Source: the human T2T-CHM13v2.0 reference genome, Homo sapiens. From it: a stretch of 64,000 bases of DNA. The stretch's first letter is position 1, and each line of letters begins with the position of its first letter. A program made the translations under genes and the position numbers. The notes beneath the pieces are model-generated. The model saw only the letters and a list, made by a program, of their open reading frames with translations. It was not told where the DNA came from and made no database searches. The stretch lies in assembly GCF_009914755.1 (NCBI RefSeq), contig NC_060948.1, one strand, 5' to 3'. Below, piece by piece: positions 33,404 through 46,461 of the stretch.

Positions 33404-34789
33404 GTATCATCCTCAGTCCCTTGGTCTCTTGGGTTGAATAACTGCATATATTAATCCATTATTTTAAAACTATTTATTCATTGTAAAAGCCCCTTGAACC
33501 TAACAAATGCCTGACACATGTGTTTGTCTCCTCAGATTATTTGGTATCTCCTTGGGAAAAGAGGCTGTGGATTACAACTGTTGGGGCTCACTTGAACTCC
33601 TTAAAAGGCAGAGCAAGCTTTTATTTTTTTCTATGTCTTTGAGCACCAAGACTGGCCATGCTCACTAAAGGGAATTGAAGTTTAGAGAATGTGAAATGGG
33701 CGGCATATACAGATTGGTCTAGGGGTCCTTTCTAGTTCTCCCAGAACCCAAGGAAGCAGACTTCATTTTCCCCATTGTACAATATAGAAAACTGGGAGTT
33801 AGATGGAATAATGGACAAGTTTGCCAAAATTTGTTGGTTGGGGGCTACATTGCAGGACTTTTTGTTTTAAAAGCTCATGTTCTTTCTTCATACTTCAAAT
33901 TTCTGTTCTTGGCATCAGAAGCTGAGTAGATTCTCCCTCCAAGTATTTGGAAAGGAAATATAAAACTTAATTTTTTCACCATACTGAATATTGTTTCGTT
34001 CAGACAATATCCCCACACGGAGAACCAGAAACAAAGACATCATAGTCCTTAGGCACTTGGAGTTCAATCTCCTTTGAAATTCTCAGGAAGATCATTTGTT
34101 TTACACAATATTCGCTTTGAACTTGGACTCACTTTGGGACTTTAAGTAACCTACAGGATTCCCTAACTGAACCCAGTTGTCCCATTATGATAGGGAATTG
34201 TTTTTACTCCTCAAATCAAAGTGATAGCAAACTTTTCAAAGTGTAGGGTGAACCTTTGCAAACACTTTTTTTAAAAAATTCCTTTGCTTTAGCTCAGTGT
34301 CTAACCAAGGAAATGAGAAACCATCAGCGCAGGTAGAGAGCTCGCTGGTCAGGTCATCCCTGCTGCTTGCAAAACAATCCAGACCTTGTCTGAGTGGGGT
34401 GAACATGGCAGTCCCAGTAGGAACAGCTTGGGTTGGTCATGGCTGTTAATTTTTTTCTCTATTTCTGAACCCTACAACCCACAGATATGTGTTCATCGCA
34501 TTATTTCCTTTCTGGGTGGCAGGAATCAATATAAAGCTGCTGTGGTGATTTTACCATCCTCCCTTTTATTATTACTTTTGTACCTTTTTATGCCTTGCTA
34601 TGTTATCAACCCTTTTACTGCTCTGAGTTAAAGACAGCACATAAATAGTTATGCAAATAAAATGAAAGCGTATATTGTTTAATTTACCTTTAGTTATTTC
34701 AGAGAGAAAAAAAATACATGTAACCTAAATGTTCCAACGTATTTCTTAACAGTTGTATCTGCTTTGGGAAAAGAATCTCTGTAAATTTT

Positions 34790-34948
34790 CTTTTAAAATT
34801 TTTATTTCCTTAACTTTGTGTGGGTACATAGTAGGTAGTAGGTGTACATATTTATGGGATACATGAGATGTTCTGATACAGGCATGCAATATGAAATAAA
34901 CACATCATGAAGAAGGGGTTATCCATCCCTTGAGCATTTATCTTTCAA
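34790..34948 (-). mobile_element. L1MA-like 3' terminal fragment
   Basis: tgtgggtacatagtagg...gatacaggcatgcaat...tatccatcccttgagcatttatc. Confidence 0.75.
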
Positions 34949-34984
34949 ATCTCAGTAAATTGTAAAGCATTTCTGTTCAGTAGG

Positions 34985-35352
34985 TAGACATCAGCCACAT
35001 TTGCTATTTTAAGTTTACATTTACCTAAATTGAATACAATGAAAATTCTTCGTCTCTGTAGCCTAGTGGTTTTCGACCAGAGGTGATTTTGTCCCCAAGG
35101 GGATATCTGGCAGTGTCTGGAGACATATTTAGTTGTCATTACCAGGGAAGATGTGCCACTAGTATCTAGTGGGGGGCTCAGGGATGCAGCTCAACATGCT
35201 GCATGGTAGTGTTACCATGCACAGAACAGCCACCATCGCAAGGAACCATTGGCCCAATATGTCAACAGTGGCGAGAGTGAGAAACTGCACTAGCCACATT
35301 TCACGTGCTAAGTGTCCTATGTAGCTAGAAGCTGTGATATTGAACAGCACCA
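34985..35352. mobile_element. MER3-like element split by a MER20 (35064-35287)
   Basis: MER20 tagtggttttcgacc...gagaaactg flanked by ctgtagcc/cactagcc; MER3-like flanks cagccacatttgctattt and ctagccacatttcacgtgct. Confidence 0.7.
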
Positions 35353-36289
35353 ACTTAGAGCATTCTCCACTGTCAGTGCTGACATTTGGTTCTGTCAGGC
35401 AGTGTGGTCTCAGGTGAGAGGGAAAAGATAAGAAGGACTGGAAGCAGGGAAGTGATATTCTCATGAAAATACATTTCTTTGAATGAGACCACAGATTCTA
35501 GATTTCTTTGCCATAGACAGGTTCCATCTTAAGTTTCTGAGGTTATGATTGTCACTGAAGTCATACTATTAGTAACAGTACTCAGCTGTTTGTGGAGTAC
35601 TCCCTGATCGACAAATGGTTTGTCATGAATTGTCTCATTTAATTTTTGTAAAACTGTAAAACAAAGAAGCTCTCTATATTCCAGGTGAGAAAAGTGGGGT
35701 GATTTATTTTTCTGTTATAACAATGTGTAGCATGAACCCTTGCAATAAAAAAAGAATATATTTTAAAAAGAAAACTGGCTAGACCATGACCTGTTACATG
35801 GGTGGAGTCCAGGTCTTTATGTGACAATATCTACAAATTCACAGATCATATTTTTATAGGCACATCTCATTAAAGAAAAGCAGAACTCCACTCCCTTCCC
35901 CTCACACTTAAAGAGGACTTATTGACAGATGATGCACCTTTTTTTGACATGTATCAAGTCATTTTATTTTTCATGTTTGGGAAGACCATTTTACTCAGAT
36001 TAGCTTATGCAAATAAAGATAACATAATGCATGTTTCTTAGTTGTCCTTTAACTTCTACTTTAAAAAGAAAATTTGAGGATATCTTTAGTTGCACATTAG
36101 TTATGTTATCTTGGCCAAATGAGGTAATTTGGAGAGAAATCAAAGTATGTAATATTAAATGAGACATATAAGAACCCAATACTAAAATTTAGTCATTTGC
36201 TGGCTGTACAAAGTAAAGGTAGCTAGTTGGCCATTTGTGTTTCATAAAAGACAGTCAAAACAACATTTTGCTTACAGAAGAGAGAAGTA

Positions 36290-36680
36290 CATGATGGACT
36301 GGATAAAAATAATGTGGTACATATACATCATGAAATACTGTGCAGCCATAAAAAGGAATAAGATCATGTCCTTTGCAGGGAGATGAATGGAGCTGGAAGT
36401 CATTATCCTCAGCAAACTTATACAGGAACAGAAAACCAAACATCTTATGTTCTCATTCATAATTGGGAACTAAACAGGGAGGGGAATAGCACACACTGGG
36501 GACTGTTGCAGGGTATGGTAGGAAGAGGGAGAGCATCGGGATAAATAGCTAATGCATGTGGGGTTTAATACCTAGGTGATGGGTTAATAGGTGCAGCAAA
36601 CCACCATGGTACACGTTTACCTGTGTATCCAACCAGCATATTTTGCACATGTGCCCTGGAACTTAAAAATTAAAAAAGAA
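36290..36680 (+). mobile_element. 5'-truncated L1PA (old, PA11-16-like) 3' end
   Basis: ORF2 end (IKIMWYIY..EYCAAIKRN-like), 3'UTR ggtgcagcaaaccaccatgg, A-rich tail. Confidence 0.85.
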
Positions 36681-37082
36681 GAATTAGGGCACCCACAGAG
36701 AGACCGCTTTTCACAATTTCTACCCTGGATTGTTGAAATAGAAGCATAATTTTAGAGACCCATGAAATGGGTTTCTTATATTTAAATATCTTAATGATTG
36801 CATTGCATAGATGGTTAAGACCAACCACTATTTTCATCTCCACCTGCAACAGAGTCCGCTGTTTTCATTATTTCCTGAGGGTTTATTATGCACCTGAGTG
36901 GACTATCTTTGCACACTACCATGGAGGAAATGATTTCTGGTGAAATGGTTTCCATGCCTTTCTTAGATAAAGGATTTGAGGAAATCCTTTGAGATGCTGC
37001 CTTTCTCTGCTGAGTGATGCAGACAGCATATGATCAGTTTATGTATTACCATATGTTTTGGCCTAAAACTGATGCCTATGGA

Positions 37083-37162
37083 CAGAGTTGCAGTTAACCA
37101 AGATTGTGCTACTGCACTACAGGCTGGGGGACAGAATGAGACTCCATCTCAAAAAAAAAAAA
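37083..37162 (+). mobile_element. Severely 5'-truncated Alu
   Basis: cagagttgcagttaaccaagattg...catctc plus A-tail; TSD tgatgcctatgga on both sides. Confidence 0.9.
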
Positions 37163-37327
37163 TGATGCCTATGGAAATGTGGAATACATTATGTTAAAAA
37201 ATACTTAGGAGTCTCTTTCTCTTCTTAACGTTTGAAAGGAAATTTGTGCTAATTGAGAGGTGCCAAATTTACAGCTTTGAGATCTTGCAAAGTTCATTTC
37301 TTGTATAGGATGTACAGGAGCCCAGAC

Positions 37328-38320
37328 TGTGTGTGGCAAGCCACCTAGTTACCGAGGCAGGAGACTGAGGGCACGAGCCGTTCCAGTATAATAAAATATA
37401 TAAAATAAGAATAGTTATACTAGATATAGATCTTAGATATGATTATGAATATCATTAATCATTAGTTTGTAGCAATTATTATTTATTCCAATATTATAAT
37501 AATCCTCGCTCTATAATCATAACCTAGGAAAAACCAGGACATACAGAGACAGGAGCCGAGGAGACGTAGTGAGAAGTGACCAGAAGACAAGAGTGCAAAC
37601 CTTCTGTTATGCCCGAACAGGGTCACCAGAGGGCTCCTTGGTCTAGCGGTAATGCCAGCATCTGGGAAGACGCCCGTTGCCAAGCAGACCTTGGTCTAGC
37701 AGTAGCGTCAGTGTCAAGGAAAAACACCTGCTACTCAGCAGACTGGGAAAGGGAGTCTCCCTTTCCCTGGGGGATTTAGAGAAGACTGTGCTCCTCCACC
37801 TCTTGTGGAGGGCCTGACATCAGTCAGGCCTGCTCGCAGTTATCTGGAGGCCTAACCCTCTCCCTGTGATGCTGTGCTTCAGTGGTCATGCTCCTAGTCC
37901 GCCTTCATGTTCCATCCTGTACACCTGGCTCTGCCTTTTAGATAGCAGTAGCAAATTAGTGAAAGTACTAAAAGTCTCTGATATGCAGAAATAATAGCAT
38001 AAGCTGTTCTCTGTCTCTCTCTCCGCCTCGGCTGCCAAACAGGGAAGGGCCCCCTGTCCAATGGACACATGAGCCACGTGACCTTACCTATCATTGGAGA
38101 TGACTCACACTCTTTACCCTGACCCTTTTGCTTTGTATCCAATAAATAATGGCACAGCCAGACATTCAGCGCCACTACCGGTCTCTGCCTCTTGGTGTTA
38201 GTGGTCCCACAGGTCCAGCTGTCTTTTCTTTTATCTTTATCTTGTGTCTTTATTTCTATAATCTCTCGTCTCTGCTCATGGGGAGAAAAACCCACTGACC
38301 TTGTGGGGATGGGCCCTACA
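37328..38320 (+). mobile_element. LTR13-type (HERV-K13/HML-4, ERVK) solo LTR
   Basis: tgtgtgtggcaagccacc...gttccagtataataaaata...ggccctaca, 993 bp; 6-bp TSD ccagac/ccagat, typical of betaretroviruses. Confidence 0.88.
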
Positions 38321-38741
38321 CCAGATGAACTAGACTCTCTATTTCTGGACTTCCTTCCCTGGCTCACATAATGCATTTTCAATCATATTTGAAAAAAATG
38401 ACTCTTCCATCAAAAGTGGGCTGTGGAAATGAGGGTTTGTTGTTATAGTAGATGAAATAGATTGTATAGAAAGAAGACATGGCAGGAGGTAGGGCAGACA
38501 TGACTTGGTTGGGAGGTAAAATATATATTTATATATTACAGTTTGCTTAAGAAAATCCATTTGGAGCTTCTCTGTGGTTCCTGGGGTCCCCATATTTTAG
38601 GGGTGAGTCAGGGAGTGACATATGTGAATTACAAATTTCACATGAATGGGACGTGTGCATTTTATTATGATGTCTTCAGTGCCATGCTTATCATTTTAAC
38701 CTTCCGGATCCCTAATGCTTTAAAGCAAGCATGTCCAACCC

Positions 38742-38882
38742 ATATTATATATATTTTATATCGTATATGTAATATATATATGTTATATATATAATGCAGC
38801 ATACTATATAGTATACACAGTATCTATATATGATGCCATATACAAGACCATATATATATATATACATACACACACACACATA
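38742..38882. repeat. (TA)-rich low-complexity tract with (CA)n
   Basis: tatata/cacaca runs. Confidence 0.85.
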
Positions 38883-39549
38883 ATAGGCCACATTATCATG
38901 TAAGTTATATATAAATGTTGATTGATTTGACAAAAGTCTGGGTTTTCTAAGCATGTAGAGATATCAAGATCCTAAAACATGAAAACACAGGTAACTTGTG
39001 GTGGATTTGGCTATTAGCCCACGTTTTCTTCCCTGCATAATCAACATTGAGGCATCAGAAAGATGTTCATTTATTTTCCTTTTAAATGAACAGGAAATTA
39101 TTTTTCAGAAATTTACCATTGTATTCCTCAGTAATAACCAGAAGGGAAATCTGCACCTTTCTACAAATATTATTGTATCTGATTTTTACATGCTTTGACC
39201 TAGTTCTCTTGAAAAATATATTTGAACATGAAATATTTAAATGAAGCAACTTTTATTTATGGAAATACAAACCACTTTCCTTAGGGCATATTATATAAAC
39301 TTTAATAAATACATCATAAGAGGAAAAATGGAAGTATTTGTGAGAATCTAGTATTTCAATTTTCTTTCCTCTGGAATCAGTTTCTCTCATATGTAACAGG
39401 TACCTTTACATCACCTCACGAATTATAAACACTTAAATATTATGAGAAATACTTTTCCCTTCCTGTGACATACTGGGATATGGTATAAACATTTAGTGAA
39501 TGAATAAACTCTGATAGCTAACCCATTTCTCCTGTTTAACATAATTAAC

Positions 39550-40560
39550 TCAGTCATTTATTCATTTGCTTTTTAAAAACATTATTGTGTTTGCTTATTA
39601 TATGCCAGAGATTTTTATGCAAGGTGCTACTCATATAGGCATAGACTCTGTACTTCATGGAGCAGAATTAGTATACTAAACATAGAAAGACTTAAAAAAA
39701 TAACGAAGGCAGCATTTGCTCAATTAGTACACGTTGTATCATGTGATTTCAGGAAAATAGGGTACTAGGCTAAGAAAGATAGAAGATAGGAATTATTGCA
39801 AAGTGCTCTGAGGATATGTAGGGTTTTCTACCTAAAGGGAAGAGCACGTGCAATGGCACTGAGGCAAAAAATTATTTGGCACCTTTAGAAAAGTTTAAGA
39901 AGCTGCTGTATCATGACAAGACACCTGGCAACAGGACCTTAGAGGATGAATTCTTTTATATTCTGTATAAAGTGCAGTGATGGAATCCAGAGAGGTTGTA
40001 AGCAGGGGAGTGATTTGACAAAAGATATTTTGGGGAACGATGAAGAAGGCTGAGAATGGAAAGCGGGAGTCTGGTTCCGAAACAAACACACCAATTTAGG
40101 CAGAAGAGGTGGGTAGCTCAGTCAGGTGAGGCTGCAGTGAAGGCAGAGTGAGGCAGTTGGATTTCGGGAGACGGGAGGCAAAATTGGCCAGGGTTGGATA
40201 CAAGAAATGAGGGAGATGGAAACATCCGTTCTGATGCCAGTTTCTTAGGAAAATGCAGAGAAAGACCAGTTACTTTGATGAAGCCAATTGGAGGAGAAGT
40301 TGGGCTTTTCCTGCAAGGATAAAGGGAAGCCCTGTTAAAATTCATTTGGGGCATGATAAGTTTAAGCCTGTGAGATTATCAAGGGGAGCTACTAAACAGA
40401 CAGGTGGACATCTGAAGTCTCTAGCTCAGAAACAATGAGATGTAAATTTGAGTTGTCCAGAATTGTATTTATGGCCATCTAGGAAAATTCTTGGGTAAGT
40501 TCGACATTTCGGCATGTTGCTGGGATTCTTCCAGGGTTTGACCCTAGGAGTATTTGTAGT
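39550..40560 (-). mobile_element. L2 remnant
   Basis: cattcatt-like end; aagcaggggagtga; ttggggcatgataagtttaag; gatgtaaatttgagttgtc. Confidence 0.6.
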
Positions 40561-40796
40561 TGCTCCTGTCAGTGGTAATTTAGCAAGCATGGTTGGAGAG
40601 ATGCAGACTGACATCTTCTGGGATGTTGGCCTCAGTGAGAATTCGACATGATGAATATTAGATGGTAGAGCAGTTGGAATCAGAGGCTGAAGAATGGGAC
40701 CAATACTGATTCCAATCCCCACTCTTGGCCTCATCCATCACCATCATCTCCCTGCCCTTTTCTTCTCCAAAATAACGACTAGCAAAATAAAACTCT

Positions 40797-41148
<352 letters not shown>

Positions 41149-41964
41149 TCAGAAACATAAGGAAATCATGATTTCTGTAAGTGTTCTAGTATATCTTAGG
41201 CGATATGCTGATAGATACTATAAACTCAGGGGAAGAAGGAAGTGATGATCCCAGATGCTGGTGATGGGGAACCACTCCTGATTTTTTTTTCTTTTTTTTT
41301 TTGACTCCACAAGATTTACAAACGGAACAAGGATACTTTGAGTGGAAGTAATCACATAGTTCCAACACTTTTTTGGGGGAGGGGGGAGGGGGTAGAATTT
41401 ATGAATAAAAAAAGTTAGTAAATGTTTTCTCTACTTTTCTTTCCTTGTTTATCTATTGGGCAAGCTACCTTCATGTCAGCTGTACTTGGATGAAAGATAC
41501 TTATTAGTATATGCAAACTGGTGTGTCTACCCTATGCAAATGATGGTAAGATAATTAAAGCAATTGGTTCTTGTGCATCTGTTTTTCAGAAGACTTCTAT
41601 ACAGAATTCTAAATTGTGCTTTCTTTCTCATCTACCATATCAACTCAACCCATCCACCTTCTTTGAATTACTGTTAATTTCAACAAAGTTTGTACTTGTG
41701 ATAAATTTTTAGAGGTATCATCCTTAAATATTACACAGGAGATTGCATATATTATAATGTACATATATAATACTACATATATTATTAATCATATTAATCA
41801 TGTATGTAAGTCTATTAAGCAAGTTGGGATTTAGAAAATAATAGGCTTTTGTTTTTCCAGTAGTTTTGGGTCTGCTATGGCAGCCCATTTCAGACCCCAT
41901 GAGGTCTACTGGATGCTGAATATCATCAGCCACGTGATGATTTGGAGTGGAAAATAAAGATTTC

Positions 41965-42200
41965 CCATGCCCTCCCTTCCTCCTCCCTGATACTTCCCCT
42001 ACTGTTATCTTGCATTAGTGTGATACATTTGTTACAACTGATGGATTAATATCGATACATTACTATTAACTATAATCCATAGTTTACGTTGGGGTTTACT
42101 CTTGCTGTTGTATATGCTGTGGTGTTTGACAAACACATAAAGTCATGCACCCACCTTTACAGTATTTCATACCATAATTTCCTAGTCCTAGAAATACCCT
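41965..42200 (-). mobile_element. L1MC-like 3' fragment
   Basis: tacatttgttacaactgatg...atacattactattaact..tccatagtttac. Confidence 0.65.
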
Positions 42201-42273
42201 GCACTGTGCCAGGTCATCCTACTCCCATTCCACACCCCTGGTCTTCTCGTTGTCTTCCTAAGAGATGATTGTT

Positions 42274-42380
42274 TGCACACCAACATGGCACATGTATATA
42301 TATGTAACAAACCTGCACGTTGTGCACATGTACCCTAGAACTTAAACAACAACAACAAAAAAACAAAAACAGAAAAAAAC
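42274..42380 (+). mobile_element. Very short L1PA 3' end
   Basis: gcacaccaacatggcacatgtata...aacctgcacgttgtgcacatgtaccctagaacttaaa plus A-rich tail. Confidence 0.85.
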
Positions 42381-42727
42381 GATTTTTTCCCTTTCTCTTT
42401 TGGCTATTTCCGCACAGCCGCAATGAAAGGACTTGCTGTGATGCTTTGAGGGAGGAAGGCACCACCAAGTGTCCCTTAACTTCCCGCACACAGAGCCAGA
42501 CATCTCCAGTTACTGAGAGACAGCTTTGCCTTCTCTGACCTCCTGGGCAAAAGGCTATCAGGTGGCAGAGAGCAGCTGAAGATAAGCAAGAAGGAAGATG
42601 AAAAGGAGAGCAACTCAGAACTCCTACTAGGGTCTGGAGACTTATCGTTTTGATACCGTGACTCCCCTTTCTCATCTCAAACCTTTCGGCTCAAAGTTGA
42701 CCAATCAAATGGTTGGTTTGTGGCTAG

Positions 42728-43329
42728 TAAGATGACAAGTTTTCCAATCAAAGGTTTTTCTTGATCGAAGGGGTCGTAGTCTCACGGGTCTCAAGGAATG
42801 AAGCGGTGGACTGCAGTGGCATGTGTTACAGCTCGATTAGAGAAACGCGGGGACCCAAAGAGTGTGCCAGGGCAAGATTTATTAAAGCAAAAGCTAAGGT
42901 AAAGTGAAAGCAAAAGCTAAGGTAAAGCGAAAGCAAAAGTAAAGCTTCCAAGCGGTGGAAGGGGACCCAAAGGGTTGCTGTCTCTGGCTTGGTTGTCTTA
43001 TGCTTATGTCCCCTTGTGACCCCTCCTCTTTCCCTTTTTCTGTCCTATATAATTAGCTTATTTTCTATCTGCTTATGGGTTGGAGGGCCTGATTGGTTAA
43101 AAACATCAGGCTGCAGCTACAGCTTAAACTCCCTATGTGATTGGTTGAAGTTTCAATCCCTTAGCTTGCAGCTATGACTCATTTTGGCGTACAGGAAAGT
43201 CTCCTTTGATTGGTTGAAGTTTCAATACCTTAGCTTGCAGCTGTGAGTTATTTTGGCTTAGGGGAAAGTCCCCTTAGGGAGTCCCTATTGACCCAGGAAG
43301 TCCAGACAACTTAGCCACTTAGTCCCTCA
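42728..43329 (-). mobile_element. ERV1 solo LTR of the ERV9-related group (possibly HERV1_LTR/LTR30-like; subfamily unresolved)
   Basis: R/U5 resembles LTR12 (gaatgaagc, tgttacagctc, ggacccaaagagtg, gcaagatttatt); reads tgagggactaag... on the minus strand; candidate TSD ctag. Confidence 0.75.
43263..43272 (-). promoter_or_regulatory. Canonical NF-kB site GGGACTTTCC
   Basis: ggaaagtccc on the + strand is an exact reverse complement of the classical kB motif; occupancy unknown. Confidence 0.5.
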
Positions 43330-43507
43330 CTAGGACAGTGGAAGGTTAAGGGCTCGGCTCCCACGGTTGATTTGCCTGTCTTCGGTTGGTGGTATTCTGG
43401 GAGCTGACACCCTGAACCTTTGTGGAGGTTTTCATTGTTATTGTTTTAACTTAGTAGGCCTTAGTGTGCCTCAATTTGCAATTGCAAAAATGTGGCATCA
43501 ACCCATT

Positions 43508-45377
43508 ATTGATAAAGGGATAAACTGTGGTAGATAGATAGATAGATAGATAGATAGACAGATAGATAGGAATACAACTCAGCCATAAAAAGGATGAATT
43601 AATGGCATTTGCAGCAACTTGGTTGAGATTAGAGACTATTATACTAGGTGAAATAACTCAGGAATAGAACACCAAACATTGTGCACTCACTCATAAGTAG
43701 GAGCTAAGCTATAGGATGCAAAGGCGTAAGAATGACACAGTGGAGTTTGGGGGTCCAGGGGAAGGGTGGGAAGGGGATGAAAGATAAAAGATTACAAATT
43801 GGGTGCAGTGTGTACTGCTTGGGTGATGGTGAGAGGTGACAACGTGCTAGGGCCCTTGCTTGCTCTCGGGTCTTCCTCAGCCTCGGTGTCCACTCTGGCT
43901 GTGCTTGAGCAGCCCTTCAGCCTGCTGCTGCACTGTGGGAGCCTCTCTCTGGGCTGGCTGAGGCTGGAGCCAGCTCCCTGCTTGCGGGGAGGTGTGGAGG
44001 GAGAGGTGTGGGTGGGAACTGGAGCTGTGCACAGCGCTTGGGGGCCAGCGTGAGTTCTGGGTGGGCATGGGCTCCGCAGGCCCCGAACTCGGAGCAGCCG
44101 GCTGCCACCCCCGGCACAGTAGTGAGGGGCTTAGCACCGGCGCCAGCAACTGGGGAAGGGGTGCTGGGTCCCGCAGCACTGCCGGCCCACCTGCGCCATG
44201 CTCGAATTCTTGCCAGACCTCAGCCACCTCCCCACGGGGCAGGACTTGGGACCTGCAGCCTGCCATGCCCGAGCCCCCCTGTAGTGGGCTCCCACGCAGC
44301 CCCAGCCTCCCTGACGGGCACCGCCCCCTGCTCCATGTTGCCCGGTCCCATCGACCACCCAAGGGCTGAGGAGTGCAGGCTGGCCATGTGGGACTGGCAG
44401 GTAAGCCTATGGCCCTGGTGCCAGATCCACTAGGTGAAGCCAGCTGGGCTCCTGAGTCGGGTGGGGACTTGGAGTTCTTTTATGTGTAGCTGGGTGATTG
44501 TATAATGAACCAATCAGCACTCTGTGTCTAGCTGGGAGTTTGTGGATGCAGCAATCAGCATTCTGTATCTAGCTAATCTGGTGGGAACTTGGAGGACTTT
44601 TATGTCTAGTTAGAGGATTGTAAATGCACCAATCAGCACTCTGTGTCTAGCTAAAGGTTTGTAAACGCACCAATCAGTGCTCTGTGTCTAGCTAATCTAG
44701 TGGGGACTTGGAGAATTTTTACATCTAGCTAGAGGATTGTAAATACACCAGTCAGCACTCTGTGTCTAGCTCAGGGATTGTAAATGCACCAATCAGCACC
44801 CTGTCAAAATGGACCAATTAGCCCTCTGTAAAATGAACCAATCAGCTCTCTGTAAAACGGACCAATCAGCGCTCTGTAAAATGGGCCAATCAGCAGGATG
44901 CGGGTGCAGGTGGGTCAGATAAGGGAATAAAAGCAGGCTGCCAAAGCCAGCATTCTGAAGGTGCTTAGGTCCACTTCTGCACTGTGTAGGCTTTGTTCTT
45001 TCACTCTTTGCAATAAATCTTGCTGCTGTTCCCTGTTTGAGCCCACACTGCCTTTATGAACTGTAACACTCACCGTGAAAGTTTGCAACTTCACTCTTGA
45101 AGCCGGTGAGACTACTAACCCACCAGAAGGAAGAAACTCTGAACACATCCGAACATGAGAAGGAACAAACTCCGGACCCACCATCTTTAAGAACTGTAAC
45201 ACTCACTGCAAGGGTCTGTGGCTTCATTCTTAAAGTTAGTGAGACCAAGAACCCACTAATTTCAGACACAATGCATGCACCCAAATCTCACAAATCACCA
45301 GTAAGGAACTTACTCATGTAACTAAATATCGCCTGTTCCCCAATAACCTATGGAAATAAAAATTTTTTTTAAAAAAT
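43508..45377 (+). mobile_element. L1PB-like 3' end split by LTR12; contains (GATA)n at 43531-43568
   Basis: ...ctgcttgggtgatgg [LTR12] atgcatgcacccaaatctcacaaatcacca...ctatggaaataaaaa is continuous L1PB 3'UTR. Confidence 0.85.
43830..45270 (+). mobile_element. LTR12 (D/E-like, ERV9) solo LTR
   Basis: tgagaggtgacaacgtgctag...aatttcagacaca, 1441 bp; tandem ccaatcagc repeats; TSD atgg/atgc. Confidence 0.93.
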
Positions 45378-45506
45378 GAGCTTATGTGTGCCTGACACTT
45401 GAAACTTATAAGCATATTGCAGTCACTCAGACCTCACTGCACTTCTACAAAGTAGTCTTCTTTCCTTATTAAAATCAAACAGGCAATAACATTCCAAAAA
45501 GTCTGC

Positions 45507-46126
45507 TGTTAATGGGCTATAGTCATTCTTCCCTGCAAATTCAGATGCTGAAGCCTTAACTCCCAGTTGCTCAGAATGTGACTGTATTTGGAGTAATGGT
45601 CTTTAAAGTCGTAAAGTAAAATGAAGTGAATAAAGTGGGCCCTGATCCAATAGGACTGGTGTCTTTATAAGATGAGGATACAGACATGCACAGATGGACA
45701 CAGGGAGAACACAGGGAGGACACAGGGAGAAGACAGAGTGTACAAGTCCAGGAGAGGGGCCTCAGGAGAAGCCAGTCCTGCCCACATCTTGATTTTTGAC
45801 TTTCAGGCTCCAGGACTATGGGAGATTCAATGTCTGTTGTTTATAAGGCACTGCGTCTATGTATTCTGTGATAGCAGCCCAAAATGGACTAAAACACTAC
45901 ATAAGAAGAGGAAATGAGGACACAGACACACACAGAGGGACTGCCTGGTGAGGACACAGGGAGAAGATGGTGTCTACAACCCAAGAGAGAGGCGTCAGGA
46001 GGAACCACCCTGCCCACACCTGGATCTTGAACTTCCAGCCTCCAGGACTGTGGGAAAATAAATGTCTGTTGTTTAGGCGGCCCAATCTATGGGATTTTGT
46101 TGTGGCATTTCTAGAAAACTAACCCA
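45507..46126 (+). mobile_element. MLT1A/MST-like MaLR LTR with tandemly repeated 3' half
   Basis: First copy ends ggactaaaaca (45896); second 3' half 45897-46126 repeats gaggacacagggagaaga...ctccaggact...aatgtctgttgttt. Confidence 0.8.
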
Positions 46127-46461
46127 TCCATCTATATCCTCATAATTTCTCACCTGGCTGCTCTGTATACCCCTGTAACCTGCAGTGTATTACTTCAAAA
46201 TGTCTTCTAGTTTGCACTGCTGTGGTTCTCTTGTCCTCCTGTTTGCTGTTCTGCTTCTAGACCTGCCCTGGCCTGTAGCCCTCTCTGGGCCATTGAAGTT
46301 TTATTTATTGTGATAAATATATATCAAAGACAGGCTACTTACAGGATACTGTATACATTCTTTAGGGCATGTTTGCATATGAAGCATGAAGCAGTCTTTG
46401 TGTTCTAAAGATTATAGCATAGTTTTGGGTTAAAGTCTATATACATCTCTCTTAAAAAAAT

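Noticed and set aside
32726-33454. Cluster of long GC-rich ORFs and CpG-island-like sequence (also 43799-44433)
   Set aside because: Lies inside LTR12 U3, so not a host gene or host CpG island
37894-38382. 162-aa minus-strand ORF
   Set aside because: Antisense to LTR13 with no protein motif
44500-44895. Regularly spaced ccaatcagc repeats resembling a CRISPR array
   Set aside because: Known tandem enhancer repeats of LTR12; the spacers are themselves repeated, there are no cas genes, and the DNA is eukaryotic
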